This document shows, in pieces, positions 25,108 to 33,778 of a DNA stretch of 36,710 nt. Numbering within the stretch: position 1 is the stretch's first letter; each line of letters starts with the position of its first letter. The position numbers and the translations under genes were made by a program. Location: the NCBI RefSeq assembly GCF_001194135.2, contig NC_069001.1, positions 3,243,176 through 3,279,885 of the forward strand. The letters are read 5' to 3'. The notes beneath the pieces were generated by a model, which worked only from the letters and a program-made list of their open reading frames with translations, did not search any database and was not told the DNA's origin. Origin of the DNA: Octopus bimaculoides. Its lineage: Eukaryota.

Positions 25108-28100
25108 AGCAGACTCTCTCTCTCAACAACAGCAACAGTAATAATAATAATTGACATGATCTGTTAACTTATGTTTTATATAATGCTTCAGCAATGTTTC
25201 TGCTGGTGAATCAATATTGAAACAATTGTAGCGTTATGTAATAAAGTGTGTTGCTCAATACATTTTCTACTATTCACATTTTTGCATAAACCCTTCAGAT
25301 ATCACAGAATTGCAGAAGTATAATCCAATGATATTTTGATCTCACCGTACGATAACATTTGTTAGCTGATACCTGTAGAGAAGCTTTGTCAAGCAAACTG
25401 CACGATTTTATACCCATATTGAATTTACATACATATATGTATGTGTGTGTGAGTGTGTGTGTGTGTATGTGTGTACGCATTTGTCCCCAACCACCACTTG
25501 AAAACTAGTGTCAGTGTGTTTCATCCCTAATGTCTAACAGTTCAGCAAAAGAGACTGATGGAATAAGTACCAATCTTAAAAATTCAGTACTGGTGTTGAT
25601 TCATTTGACTAAAAATTGAAAGTGGTGCCCCAGCATGGCCACAATCTAATTACTGAAACTTGATAAAAGATATACTCACCCATATTTCGCTAGCCAAGGC
25701 TTGTCGTATCCGTTTGGAAGATTTATCAACATGAATTCTTCGCATGACAGCTTCATTATTACTCTAGAAAGAAAAAAAAAGAAAAGAAAAGTAGTATATG
25801 TTTGCAGAATGCAGTCAAGATATATATATATAAATATAACTAAATATGTCAAGCTTAACCTACTCACACACCTCCATATGCATAATGTGTGAAAAGCACT
25901 GGTGCTGGTACCAGGTAAAAAGCACCCAGTACACTCTGTAGTGTCGTTGGCATTAGGAAGAGCAGTCCAGCTGTAGAAACCATGTCAAAGTAGACTATGG
26001 AACCTGGTGCAACTCCCGACCTTACCAACTCCTGCCAAACCATTCAGTCCATGCCAGCATGGAAAACGGATGTATGATGATGATGTGAATGTATGTAGAT
26101 ATGATATAAACATGTATAAGGAGGCTGTTAAGATATCAATATAAAACAGCAACAAAACAAATTAACATTGGTTCAACAGCCATCAGCTGTCTCACCATAA
26201 CATAGGTCTAGTCAAATGCAGACCTGACAACAGCTATTTGTGAAGGCACACAAATATTTGGTCAGGGTGATTCTAAGGTCATGGGTTCAATCCCTAGACC
26301 AAATGGTGTGCTGTGTCCTTGAGCAAGATACTTGATTTCACATTGCTCCAATTTATCCAGCTGTAAATGGCTACTAGCCAGTTGCTGTTGCAGTCCTCTA
26401 TCTGTCTCTCTCTTTCTCTCTTCTGCTGCCATATTCTGGATGTTCCACAAACTCAAGGGTCAGAGAGCAGAAAAGGTGTTTCTGCTTGCAATTACATCAA
26501 CAACTAAAAACAATTAATGAAAATATGGTACAATAATGTTACCAAGCCATTCTGGCCCACAAGTGATGGCTGGCCACACTGTACTGTGCTGTAGTTTAGG
26601 GTTACTTAACAACAACAACAGTTACTGTATCACCATCATTATAAGGAGAAAAATAGTTTTAAAAAAGAGCAACTCACTCCATCAAATGCTAGCCTGGCCA
26701 ATCGGTCGACATGAAGGGCTTTCATAACTTTGTTGTAAAGTCTCTTCTGCTGCATAGTCCACCCTGTTCTGTAACAGAAGGAAGGTATTTACTGAATAGA
26801 GAAGTCTGATTAACGGAAGAGGATGATGAACAGATCACACGTTCTATTCAAGATGAAGTTCTTTATCTAAACATTATGGTCAAGACCATATTGGAGCAGC
26901 ACCAGTTTGCTGAGCACATATAGGTGGCACAAGAGGCCAGGCACGGCAAGTCTACCAGCACCGTTCCCAGCCACCAAATCTCATCACAATGTATTGGTCA
27001 GACACCTGTCCAATGTGCCATGCAATGGGATCAATTCCAGAACCACCTGGTTGCATAGCTAACTTCTCAACTACACACGACAGGATGGTCATGGTTGGAA
27101 AGCCTATGACCATAGGTCTGTCCTATCAAGTTTAAACCAGAGCTAAGCAATGTCTGCATTTCCTAATAATAATCATGTTAGAAATACAAATAGGGAAAAA
27201 GAAAACTGGTAGCTTACTTGCTTATGTGTTCCTCAGAATCTTCCCCACCTTTATCTGGGTAAGCAAGGCTGACATGTCTTTCACATTCATTCATCAAGCT
27301 TCGGGCCTTGGCCACATCACCAATGTGTGAAGATTTAACAGTTGTGGTTTCAACATCGAGTATTTGGTCTTCATCACTAGAGAGAGAGAGATAGAATAAG
27401 AGAAAGAGATCTACAGGCTATACACAGAAGAATTACAGTAGAGAGGTGCATAAACAAGACATTAAGGCAACCATCATCAGAGAAGTGTAGAAAACAAGAG
27501 GTGATGAAGAGTGTCCAACCACATAAGAGAGAAGAGTTGAGGGTAGAACTGATCCAACATGCCCATACCTTTTGGTAATGTATTGTGCTTTTTGGCACAG
27601 CTTTTGAACTGTACGATGATATCTTTTACTAGTTTCAGTCATTAGATTGCAACCCATGCTGGGGCACCACCTTGAAGAATTTTAGTTGAATGAATCAACC
27701 CTAGTACTTATTTTTAAGCCTGGTATTTATTCTATCAGTTTCTTAAACCAAACTGCTAAGTTATGGGGATGCAAACAAACCAACACCAGTCATCACACAT
27801 TATATATATATATAATGGGCTTCTTTCAGTTTCCATCTACCAAATCCATGCACAAGGATTTGGCCGGCTTGAGGCTATAGCAGAAGACACTTACCCAAGT
27901 TTGCATGGACGTGGACGGGATGATATTTGATTAGAGGCATTGTTTTGCAGCTGCTTGACTGTCTTAGAATTAACCCCTCAACCAAGAAGTGGAGTTTCAA
28001 AATTTATAACTCAAGGAAAACTGGAGCAATCAGTGACATACACTACTTAAAGGCACAACACAATGGCTACAATATGAATAAAAAAGCATTAGATTTGAGA

Positions 28101-29303
28101 GAAAAATCTGAATGCCAAAGGGTTAAACTCAGAATGTAAAGAGTTAGCCATTAAATGAAAGTAAACAAAATGTCAAAAGAAACCTACACTGAATTTTGAT
28201 CTATGTCTGCATTTCGAGGGAATTTGTGCATGAATAACATGCGCAATGGCTTGGCATTGCTTGCATCGGGATGTGCACTCCATGGCTTTGCGTAACAGTG
28301 GTCTAAAGAAACAATGTCTAAATCCTGCTCATGTCCAGCTAAGTGGTACTGGTAAGCCGTGGACAGTTTGTGACGGTGACTTTGGTATTCTTCGATAAAA
28401 CGTTCACTGTTGAGTGTAGAAGTGGTTAATCGATTCCTTGATCTGAAAGAGAAGAAAGGGAAAATAAGTTGACAAGTTAAGTTTAATCAGAGAATATAAA
28501 ACAACAGGAGATTACAGAAAATAAAGAGACTGACAACACACCTGGTGTTTCTTCAGGTGTGATCAGAGACTTGAAGAGTCACTTTACACATCAAACCTTC
28601 TAATACCACCCCTGTTTCTACAATATACGATTCCCATTTTGAAATTATCTAAATTAAAAACTACCACCAAAATTCCAATAATGTTCTAAAAACTAGCTTA
28701 ACTCTTTAGCATTTAAACCAGTCATATCTGGCCAAATATGTTGCCTGTTTTGTGTTCAAACTGACCAGATCCAACTTCTCACACCGCCCGAGGCTGAACC
28801 CAGAACCATTTGTTTTCGGATAGTGCTGATAACCTTAACCTCATATACTTCAGCATGTATCTTGATGCTCATTTATTATACATACATATTAACCCTAGAC
28901 ATACACACACATAATAGACTGATAGACAAATATGTGTGTTTTACCCAATATAATAAAGTGATTAGCCGATTCTAAACGTTTTAATTTCTCCCAATTATAC
29001 TTTAAAATCATTAACCAGCATAATATGTAACGTTGATATGCGTAATAAATATTGAGTTAATAATATGGCTTTCATACTATCAATAGATGAATGGTTTCGT
29101 TTACAAACGGAAAACAAAAGTACTCAATACTAAAGCAGAGTGTGCATATAATATTAGAAACTGAAGCTTCGTAAAATATTTAAGCTTCTTTATTCGTTCG
29201 AAGTTGGACGTTTTCCCTCCGTCGCAGCTCATCCTTATATTTATATATATACACACAAACACACGAACCTACATAAGTGTACCCCTTAATATATCCACGC
29301 GCA

Positions 29304-29345
<42 letters not shown>

Positions 29346-29529
29346 NNNNNNNNNNNNNNNNNNNNNNNNNNNNNNNNNNNNNNNNNNNNNNNNNNNNNNN
29401 NNNNNNNNNNNNNNNNNNNNNNNNNNNNNNNNNNNNNNNNNNNNNNNNNNNNNNNNNNNNNNNNNNNNNNNNNNNNNNNNNNNNNNNNNNNNNNNNNNNN
29501 NNNNNNNNNNNNNNNNNNNNNNNNNNNNN

Positions 29530-29576
<47 letters not shown>

Positions 29577-31313
29577 TATATGATAAGCAATTACGAAATT
29601 CCTGTTGACTGAGAATAAACTGGAAATATGACATAATTAGAACAATTTCACAACATATTAAAACACCAATTCTAATTCGGAGTATTTCAAAAAGCATTAA
29701 TAAACTCCAACAGAGTCGGACCCCGCCAGAAAAATAATATATATATATCATAACTAATATTTTCACGTGTGTATACACAGACATCGCAAAAGTAGATAGC
29801 ATCATTTTTGAAAGATTTGTTTGTAGATTCAAAATAATGTAATTTGATTCATTGAAATACTTAATCTAGTGTTTGGTAGACAAACCTTGTGCATAAAAAC
29901 ATTAACTTTTCAAAGCACAAAGTTAAGTGTCCACACAAATAAAAAGGGACAATGTGGGGTGTCTATTGACTTTTGGGATGTCTGTGTGGATATATGTGAT
30001 TTATATATAGGGTATAGAATATCTGTAGTTGATATAATGTTCACGGTATGGAGGGAAAACAGAACATACCTGCTTAATAAAGACATAATGCCAAAAAAAA
30101 AAGGCTTCAACAAAGAGGTGATGTCACCATGTCTTCTTGCAGCAACTAAAAGTACGGAAGCCCAAACGGATCACATTAAATGAGGCATCGTAATTATTAA
30201 ATTTATCCAAATGATTGAGCGATAAAAATGACTAGAATATAGTCAAAACTGAGTGAAAAGGAACTGGAAAGGAATTTTGTTTTTCTTTTAATGATTTAAT
30301 ACGTAAACAAAAGTGTTAGTAAACGCCCAAATATCACTTTAACTATAAATGCTCCGTGTAAGAATGGATGATCAAGGGAGCTAATCCTTGTATTGTCTAT
30401 TACAGCGCCCTCAGGTGAGTCAATTGTCAACTTTTATATTTTAGCTTGATTCAATCATTGGACTGCGGCCCGGCAGGGATACCACGNNNNNNNNNNGGGG
30501 GTCGAACGAATCAACCTCAATACTTATTATTTTTAATTCTGACATTTCTTCTCTCGAGATATAAACAATCCAGCACCGTTTGTCAATTAGTAGTCGGGGC
30601 CAAACAAAGACAGATGGAAAGGCATGCTTATACAATTGTACCCCTTTCCATTTTGTTTCCTCATAACTTTTGGAAAAGTGTATGTATGCAACTAGCTTTT
30701 ATCTTTTGCTTGCTTCAGTCATCGGACTGTAGCCATGCTGGGCCACCACCTCGAACGGTTTAGTTGAACAGATCAACCCCAGTACTTACTGTTTTTTTAA
30801 AGCCTGACGTTCTCCTATCAACCTCTTTTGCTGAACCACTAAGTTACGCAGACGAAAACAAACCAACACTGGTTGTCAAGCAGTGGGTGGGGGAGAGAGA
30901 TTTAGAAGCACAAACATAAAAACACACACATACATACATACATACATACAGACAGACAGACATGTACTAGTTAAATGCTGTGTAAGGAATTGTGATTTAA
31001 AATGGACAGTTGACTCCATAATGTAAACAGGATACTAAGAATAACGGTGATGATGTATTTGTAAGGCATATTATTCAGCGAAATGTAAGCAGACTTTACT
31101 TTAATTAAACAAGCGTAAGAAATTGAAAGAAAGGAGCTTTAGTGGGTAAGGAATAAATAGAAAACAGGGTCCAGGAGGTGAGGGAGGAGGAGTAGAGAGA
31201 GCTCTACAGTTTTTATGATGAATTCTAGTCTTTTTTTGTTTGTTTGTTTTGCTTATGTCTCACTACATTAGATTACTTTGCCCCACCACTGTGTCTGTCC
31301 CGTTCGTAGGCAT
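5375..31313 (-). CDS. KANSL3: KAT8 regulatory NSL complex subunit 3 (KANSL3/NSL3/Rcd1) orthologue; 15 coding exons, ~1166 aa
   Basis: Hand-spliced exons with GT-AG ends and unbroken phase; lengths sum to 3501 nt (1166 aa + stop). The translation contains [83 protein letters not shown] and [25 protein letters not shown]. All match the human KANSL3 alpha/beta-hydrolase-like region as I recall it. The 5' end (exons 1-2) is less certain. Confidence 0.93.
8083..8242 (-). CDS. KANSL3: KANSL3 exon 14
   Basis: TTTCAG|...AAG|GTAAGC, 160 nt. Only one frame is open ([10 protein letters not shown]...LSPAKTQ), and its phase 0 to 1 bridges exon 13 and the terminal exon. Confidence 0.82.
11927..12448 (+). 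mobile_element. Cluster of three SINE pieces (family A 11927-12075, family B 12130-12305, family D 12325-12448)
   Basis: Family A tRNA head; family B ...CTTAGCGGTTCAGCAAAAGAGACC...ATGACTGAAACAAG; family D ...CATGCTAGCATGGAAAGCGGACGTTAAACGAT(GAT)n. Confidence 0.75.
12961..13711. mobile_element. Non-autonomous piggyBac-like MITE (TTAA TSD, 14-bp TIRs) with internal tandem subunits
   Basis: TTAA (12957-12960) CCCTTTTGTTACCA ... TGGTAACAAAAGGG TTAA (13712-13715); three diverged internal units starting TTCTGT(T/G)G(C/A)AATA. Confidence 0.8.
13019..13209 (+). mobile_element. tRNA-headed SINE nested in the piggyBac-like MITE
   Basis: A-box/B-box-like head (AGTGGTTAGG...GGTTTCGATTC), CORE-like TTCTTGAGCAAAACACTT, flanked by a 9-bp direct repeat AATTTTGAA (13010-13018 and 13210-13218). 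Confidence 0.75.
15190..15475 (-). mobile_element. Degenerate RTE-clade LINE ORF2 C-terminal fragment
   Basis: Minus-strand translation [25 protein letters not shown] matches the RTE motif KGRLYxxCVRxxMLxGSETW; stops and frameshifts follow. Confidence 0.6.
17543..17780. mobile_element. hAT-like MITE, 238 bp
   Basis: TIRs CAGGGCTGTGGAGTCGG / TCGACTCTTCAGCCCTG; perfect 8-bp TSD GTTTTAAC (17535-17542 and 17781-17788); internal GAGTC(G/A)GA subrepeats. Confidence 0.85.
18921..19103 (-). CDS. KANSL3: KANSL3 exon 13 (basic NLS-like KKKKRRK)
   Basis: TTTCAG|...|GTGAGT, 183 nt; [13 protein letters not shown]...[12 protein letters not shown]. Confidence 0.92.
19175..19290 (+). mobile_element. RTE-clade LINE 3' coding remnant
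   Basis: Translates [30 protein letters not shown], the RTE C-terminal VEGxxGRGRPRKTW motif. Confidence 0.7.
20124..20345 (-). CDS. KANSL3: KANSL3 exon 12
   Basis: TTTCAG|...|GTGAGT, 222 nt; DVEDPLLE...TLFVIGQ...[44 protein letters not shown]. Confidence 0.95.
21464..21538 (-). CDS. KANSL3: KANSL3 exon 11
   Basis: CCCTAG|...|GTTCGT (weak donor, but phase 0 fits exon 12), 75 nt; [25 protein letters not shown]. Confidence 0.92.
21991..22062 (-). CDS. KANSL3: KANSL3 exon 10 (nucleophile-elbow position, GWNIG)
   Basis: TTGCAG|...|GTAAGT, 72 nt; [24 protein letters not shown]. Asn sits where a GxSxG hydrolase has the catalytic Ser, as in human GWNTG, so this is a pseudo-hydrolase. Confidence 0.95.
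22280..22670 (-). mobile_element. CORE-type tRNA SINE with an internal tandem duplication
   Basis: GTGAAATAAAGTGGCTTGCTCAAGGACAC (CORE-like) followed by a reverse tRNA head; the TCCACAGACATG...GAGATTCA...ACACAGAAT block occurs twice. Confidence 0.65.
23423..23641 (-). CDS. KANSL3: KANSL3 exon 9
   Basis: TGACAG|...|GTAAGC, 219 nt; [16 protein letters not shown]...LGKVIPV...[16 protein letters not shown]. Confidence 0.95.
23974..24016. repeat. (ATT)n microsatellite
   Basis: Direct inspection. Confidence 0.9.
24308..24448 (-). CDS. KANSL3: KANSL3 exon 8
   Basis: TTTCAG|...|GTGAGT, 141 nt; IPTLVDRMI...[19 protein letters not shown]. Confidence 0.95.
24866..24967 (-). CDS. KANSL3: KANSL3 exon 7
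   Basis: ATACAG|...|GTACAT, 102 nt; [34 protein letters not shown]. Confidence 0.95.
25026..25101. repeat. (TA)n microsatellite (similar arrays at 1-25, ~9433-9472, ~11862-11916, ~29306-29573 with gap)
   Basis: Direct inspection. Confidence 0.95.
25680..25763 (-). CDS. KANSL3: KANSL3 exon 6
   Basis: TTCTAG|...|GTGAGT, 84 nt; [28 protein letters not shown]. Confidence 0.95.
26678..26768 (-). CDS. KANSL3: KANSL3 exon 5
   Basis: TTACAG|...|GTGAGT, 91 nt; [30 protein letters not shown]. Confidence 0.95.
27218..27376 (-). CDS. KANSL3: KANSL3 exon 4
   Basis: CTCTAG|...|GTAAGC, 159 nt; LDVETT...[13 protein letters not shown]. Confidence 0.95.
28188..28442 (-). CDS. KANSL3: KANSL3 exon 3
   Basis: TTTCAG|...|GTAGGT, 255 nt. 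Encodes [34 protein letters not shown]; DHCY fits the [DE]HxY HCF-1-binding motif. Confidence 0.95.
30070..30145 (-). CDS. KANSL3: KANSL3 candidate coding exon 2 ([24 protein letters not shown])
   Basis: Acceptor CTTTTAG|, consensus donor AAGCAG|GTATGT, 76 nt, phase 1 to 2 matching exon 3. Weak resemblance to human SARRMGTSLL, which may be coincidental. Confidence 0.55.
31277..31313 (-). CDS. KANSL3: KANSL3 candidate coding exon 1 ([12 protein letters not shown])
   Basis: ATG at 31313, donor CAAA|GTAATC, phase 1 exit matching candidate exon 2. No strong homology. An alternative start exists at ATG 30088 (MSLLSR). Confidence 0.45.
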
Positions 31314-31404
31314 TGGTCGGGTGAGGGGGAATTTCAAAGTATGGTGGTTGCTGGAGTAAAGAAATTCATTTGGCTTTGAATACTGCAGGGATTTAGGAGG
31401 GAGA

Positions 31405-31590
31405 TGGAGGTGAGAGAGAGGGTAGGCAGACAGACACACACACGCAGGGAAAGAGAGAGAGAGAGAGATGGAGAAAGAGATAGGACAGACGGAGAGAAAG
31501 AGAAGGGGCAGGAGAGAGAAACAGAGAGGGGAGTGAGAGAGGAAAATAGACAGAGAAAGAGAGAGAGAAAGAAAGAAAGAGAAGGAAGGG
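31405..31590. repeat. GA-rich purine tract (pyrimidine tract on the minus strand, likely in or near the KANSL3 5' UTR)
   Basis: Runs of GAGA/GAAA/GACA immediately upstream of candidate exon 1. Confidence 0.75.
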
Positions 31591-31599
31591 CTAGTCAAT

Positions 31600-31770
31600 A
31601 GACTAACGGGATAGAACGGGTGGGGAAAACGTAGCGGGGGTAAGAAAATAAAACATTTAACCTTGAGTGTTATGAATAGGCTTTCAGTTAGTAAGTTATG
31701 AAAAGCCGAATTTTGTAGTTACGACATTGTGACAAATTCGACGAGACAGTCGGGGAAATGGTTTACATCA
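31600..31770. promoter_or_regulatory. Putative CpG-rich divergent promoter between KANSL3 and an unidentified plus-strand first exon
   Basis: CpGs are visibly more frequent from ~28950 to ~32110 than in the gene-body introns. The minus-strand start is at 31313; the plus strand has GAAATGG...ATCA|GTGAGT at 31758-31776. Confidence 0.45.
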
Positions 31771-31869
31771 GTGAGTATTTTCCTCTTAATTCTACAGTTT
31801 TGCCGATAGATTCTTGTATTTCCTTACGATTGTTATTGGCGATGATAATGTTGTAAATTAGTCTCTGCA

Positions 31870-32073
31870 TTTTGTTACTATGTTTCCGTTGAAATTATAT
31901 TTTTGGATTCGATTAAATTTTAAAATAATGAATTTAATAAAATAACTGTCATTCTTAATTAATTTGTTACACAAATTAACATGAAATTTTGGATAGAAGG
32001 TTTTCTATTTCGTTCGTTTTAAAACTGGAAGTTTGTATCGTTGAATCAGAAGCGGTTCCAGGCAGATTGATAA
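31870..32073 (+). mobile_element. Diverged second copy of the 12961-13711 MITE unit
   Basis: Colinear similarity: TTTGTTAC..TTTCCGTTG..TTAAATTTTAAAATAATGAA..TTTTAAAACTGGAAGTTTGTATCGTT..GATTGATAA. Confidence 0.65.
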
Positions 32074-32220
32074 ATAAATTTTATCGAAAGGCAGATAACT
32101 CCGCTTTTTGTCTTACAAGAGTTATTTCCCTTGATATTTACAAGTTCTGTTGGGTTTTTTGTGTATGTGTGTGTGCTTGTGCCTCTCTCCCAGAGAGTGA
32201 GAGAGGGATATATATAAGTA

Positions 32221-32692
32221 TCATTTCATCATCATCATCGTTTAATGTCTGCTTTCCATGTTGACATGGGTTGGACGGTTTCACTGAGGACTGGCGAGCC
32301 AGAAGGCTGCACCAGGCTCCAATCTGATCTGGCAAAGTTTCTGCAGCTGGATGCCCTTCCTAACGCCAACCACTCCGAGAGTGTAGTGGGTGCTTTTACG
32401 TGCCACCGGCACGAAGGCCAGTAAGGCAGTACNNNNNNNNNNCCAACCACTCCGAGAGTGTAGTGGGTGCTTTTACGTGCCACCGGCACGAAGGCCAGTA
32501 AGGCAGTACTGGCAATGGCCATGCTCAAAATGGTTTATTTTACGTGCCACCTGCACAGGAGCCAGTCCAGCGGCACTGACAACGATCTTGCTCTCATGTC
32601 TTTACACGTGCCACCGGCACAAGTCCCAGGAAGGCGACGATATCATCATCATCATCGTTTAACATCCGCTTTCCATGCTAGCATGGGTTGGA
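32221..32692 (-). mobile_element. SINE family D copies spanning an N-gap (other copies near 15505-15720, 16540-16680, 17985-18130, 19680-19927, 21770-21880, 23195-23380, 25900-26085)
   Basis: CATCATCATCGTTTAA..TCCGCTTTCCATG...GGGTTGGAC...GGATGCCCTTCCTAACGCCAACCAC signature. Confidence 0.75.
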
Positions 32693-32713
32693 CACATATA
32701 TATATATTTCAAT

Positions 32714-32785
32714 GGCCAGATAACTGAAGAGATGGCAGCATGGGTTTCCGCCCTGGCATCCGAAACTCAGAGTTTTATCATGGCT
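32714..32785 (+). ncRNA. Type I hammerhead ribozyme (Penelope-like/retrozyme type, palindromic stem III)
   Basis: CUGAAGA core 32724-32730; stem II 32731-32761 (7 of 8 pairs); GAAA 32762-32765; stem III ACUC-A-GAGU; cleavage triplet GUU ending 32774; stem I GGCCA-GAUAA pairs with UUAUC-A-UGGCU. Confidence 0.75.
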
Positions 32786-33643
32786 ACCGAATAATTGTCA
32801 CATATTATTTACAGATATATATATATATATATTTCTGTTTATGAAATTTGCTTACAAAGCATTGGTTAACCCAAAGCTTTAGTAGAAAACACTAGTCTAA
32901 GGTGTCACACTGTGGAACTGAACACCAAACCACAAGGTTACAAAGTGGGCTTTGATGAGAGATTTAGGAATATACATTTCACAAAAGATTTTAAGGATAT
33001 GTATTTAAACTGGGCATATGTAGCCGAAATATTCTACTTGATTTATGTTCAAACAAACCCTATCTCACCTCTTACACCTACCTTACAATGTCACTCTAAG
33101 ATCAAACAACCACATCATCGAAATCTATGAGATAATGCATTGCCTTTGACAGAGTTATCTGAATGTAAAAGAGTTAAGAATAGATTTAAGCTGCTCTTTT
33201 CCTTACGTTGAGTAAGTTACATTGTTGTTCCCATGTTTATTTGCTATGGTATTGTCTCAGAAGAAGAAGGAACTAAAAACATATGCCCACATTTAAGACT
33301 TAGGCTGAAAAGAAATTTCTGAAGAAATTCCACTTCAGTTCAGTGAGATCCCTCCATTGCTTGAATTGTTTACATTGAATTAACGAGTTGCAAAAAACTG
33401 GTTTGACATATGAATGTTAATTTTCTTTAAAAGGCCCCCCCCCACACACACACACACATAAATATATATATATATATACATATGTANNNNNNNNNNGGGT
33501 ACAGGACGTTAGAACAATGAACTACAGACAACGGAACGAACACATAGGAAAACGGAAAGCCACTTGGAATATTCCTTCATCAGCTGTTTCATATATATAT
33601 ACGTATAAATATACTGTATACACACACACAGGCTCCAGTCTGA

Positions 33644-33778
33644 AACACCAGGCTCCAGTCTGAAACTCTGCCAAATCAGACTGGAGCCTGGTGTTGCCAT
33701 CCGGTTTCACCAGTCCTCAGTCAAATCGTCCAACCCATGCTAGCATGGAAAGCGGACGTTAAACGATGATGATGATGA
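33644..33778 (+). mobile_element. Young 5'-truncated family D SINE with an inverted duplication at its 5' end
   Basis: About 97 nt identical to 12340-12436; 20-bp perfect inverted repeat 33644-33663 / 33676-33695; (GAT)n tail. Confidence 0.75.

Noticed and set aside
28828-28856. Alternative KANSL3 first exon MLKYMR with a GTTAAG donor
   Set aside because: Phase-compatible, but the donor is weaker than the consensus donor at 30069 and the context is AT-rich intron-like; cannot be excluded entirely.
29180-29832. Long overlapping ORFs in the track
   Set aside because: Produced by (TA)n plus a 183-N gap; not real coding sequence.
30406-30420. Plus-strand 9-nt micro-exon-like signal ACAG|CGCCCTCAG|GTGAGT
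   Set aside because: Antisense within KANSL3 intron 1, with no partner exons identified.
32366-32508. 66-nt direct duplication on either side of the N-gap at 32432-32441
   Set aside because: Identical sequence flanking a 10-N gap is most simply an unmerged contig overlap inside a SINE.
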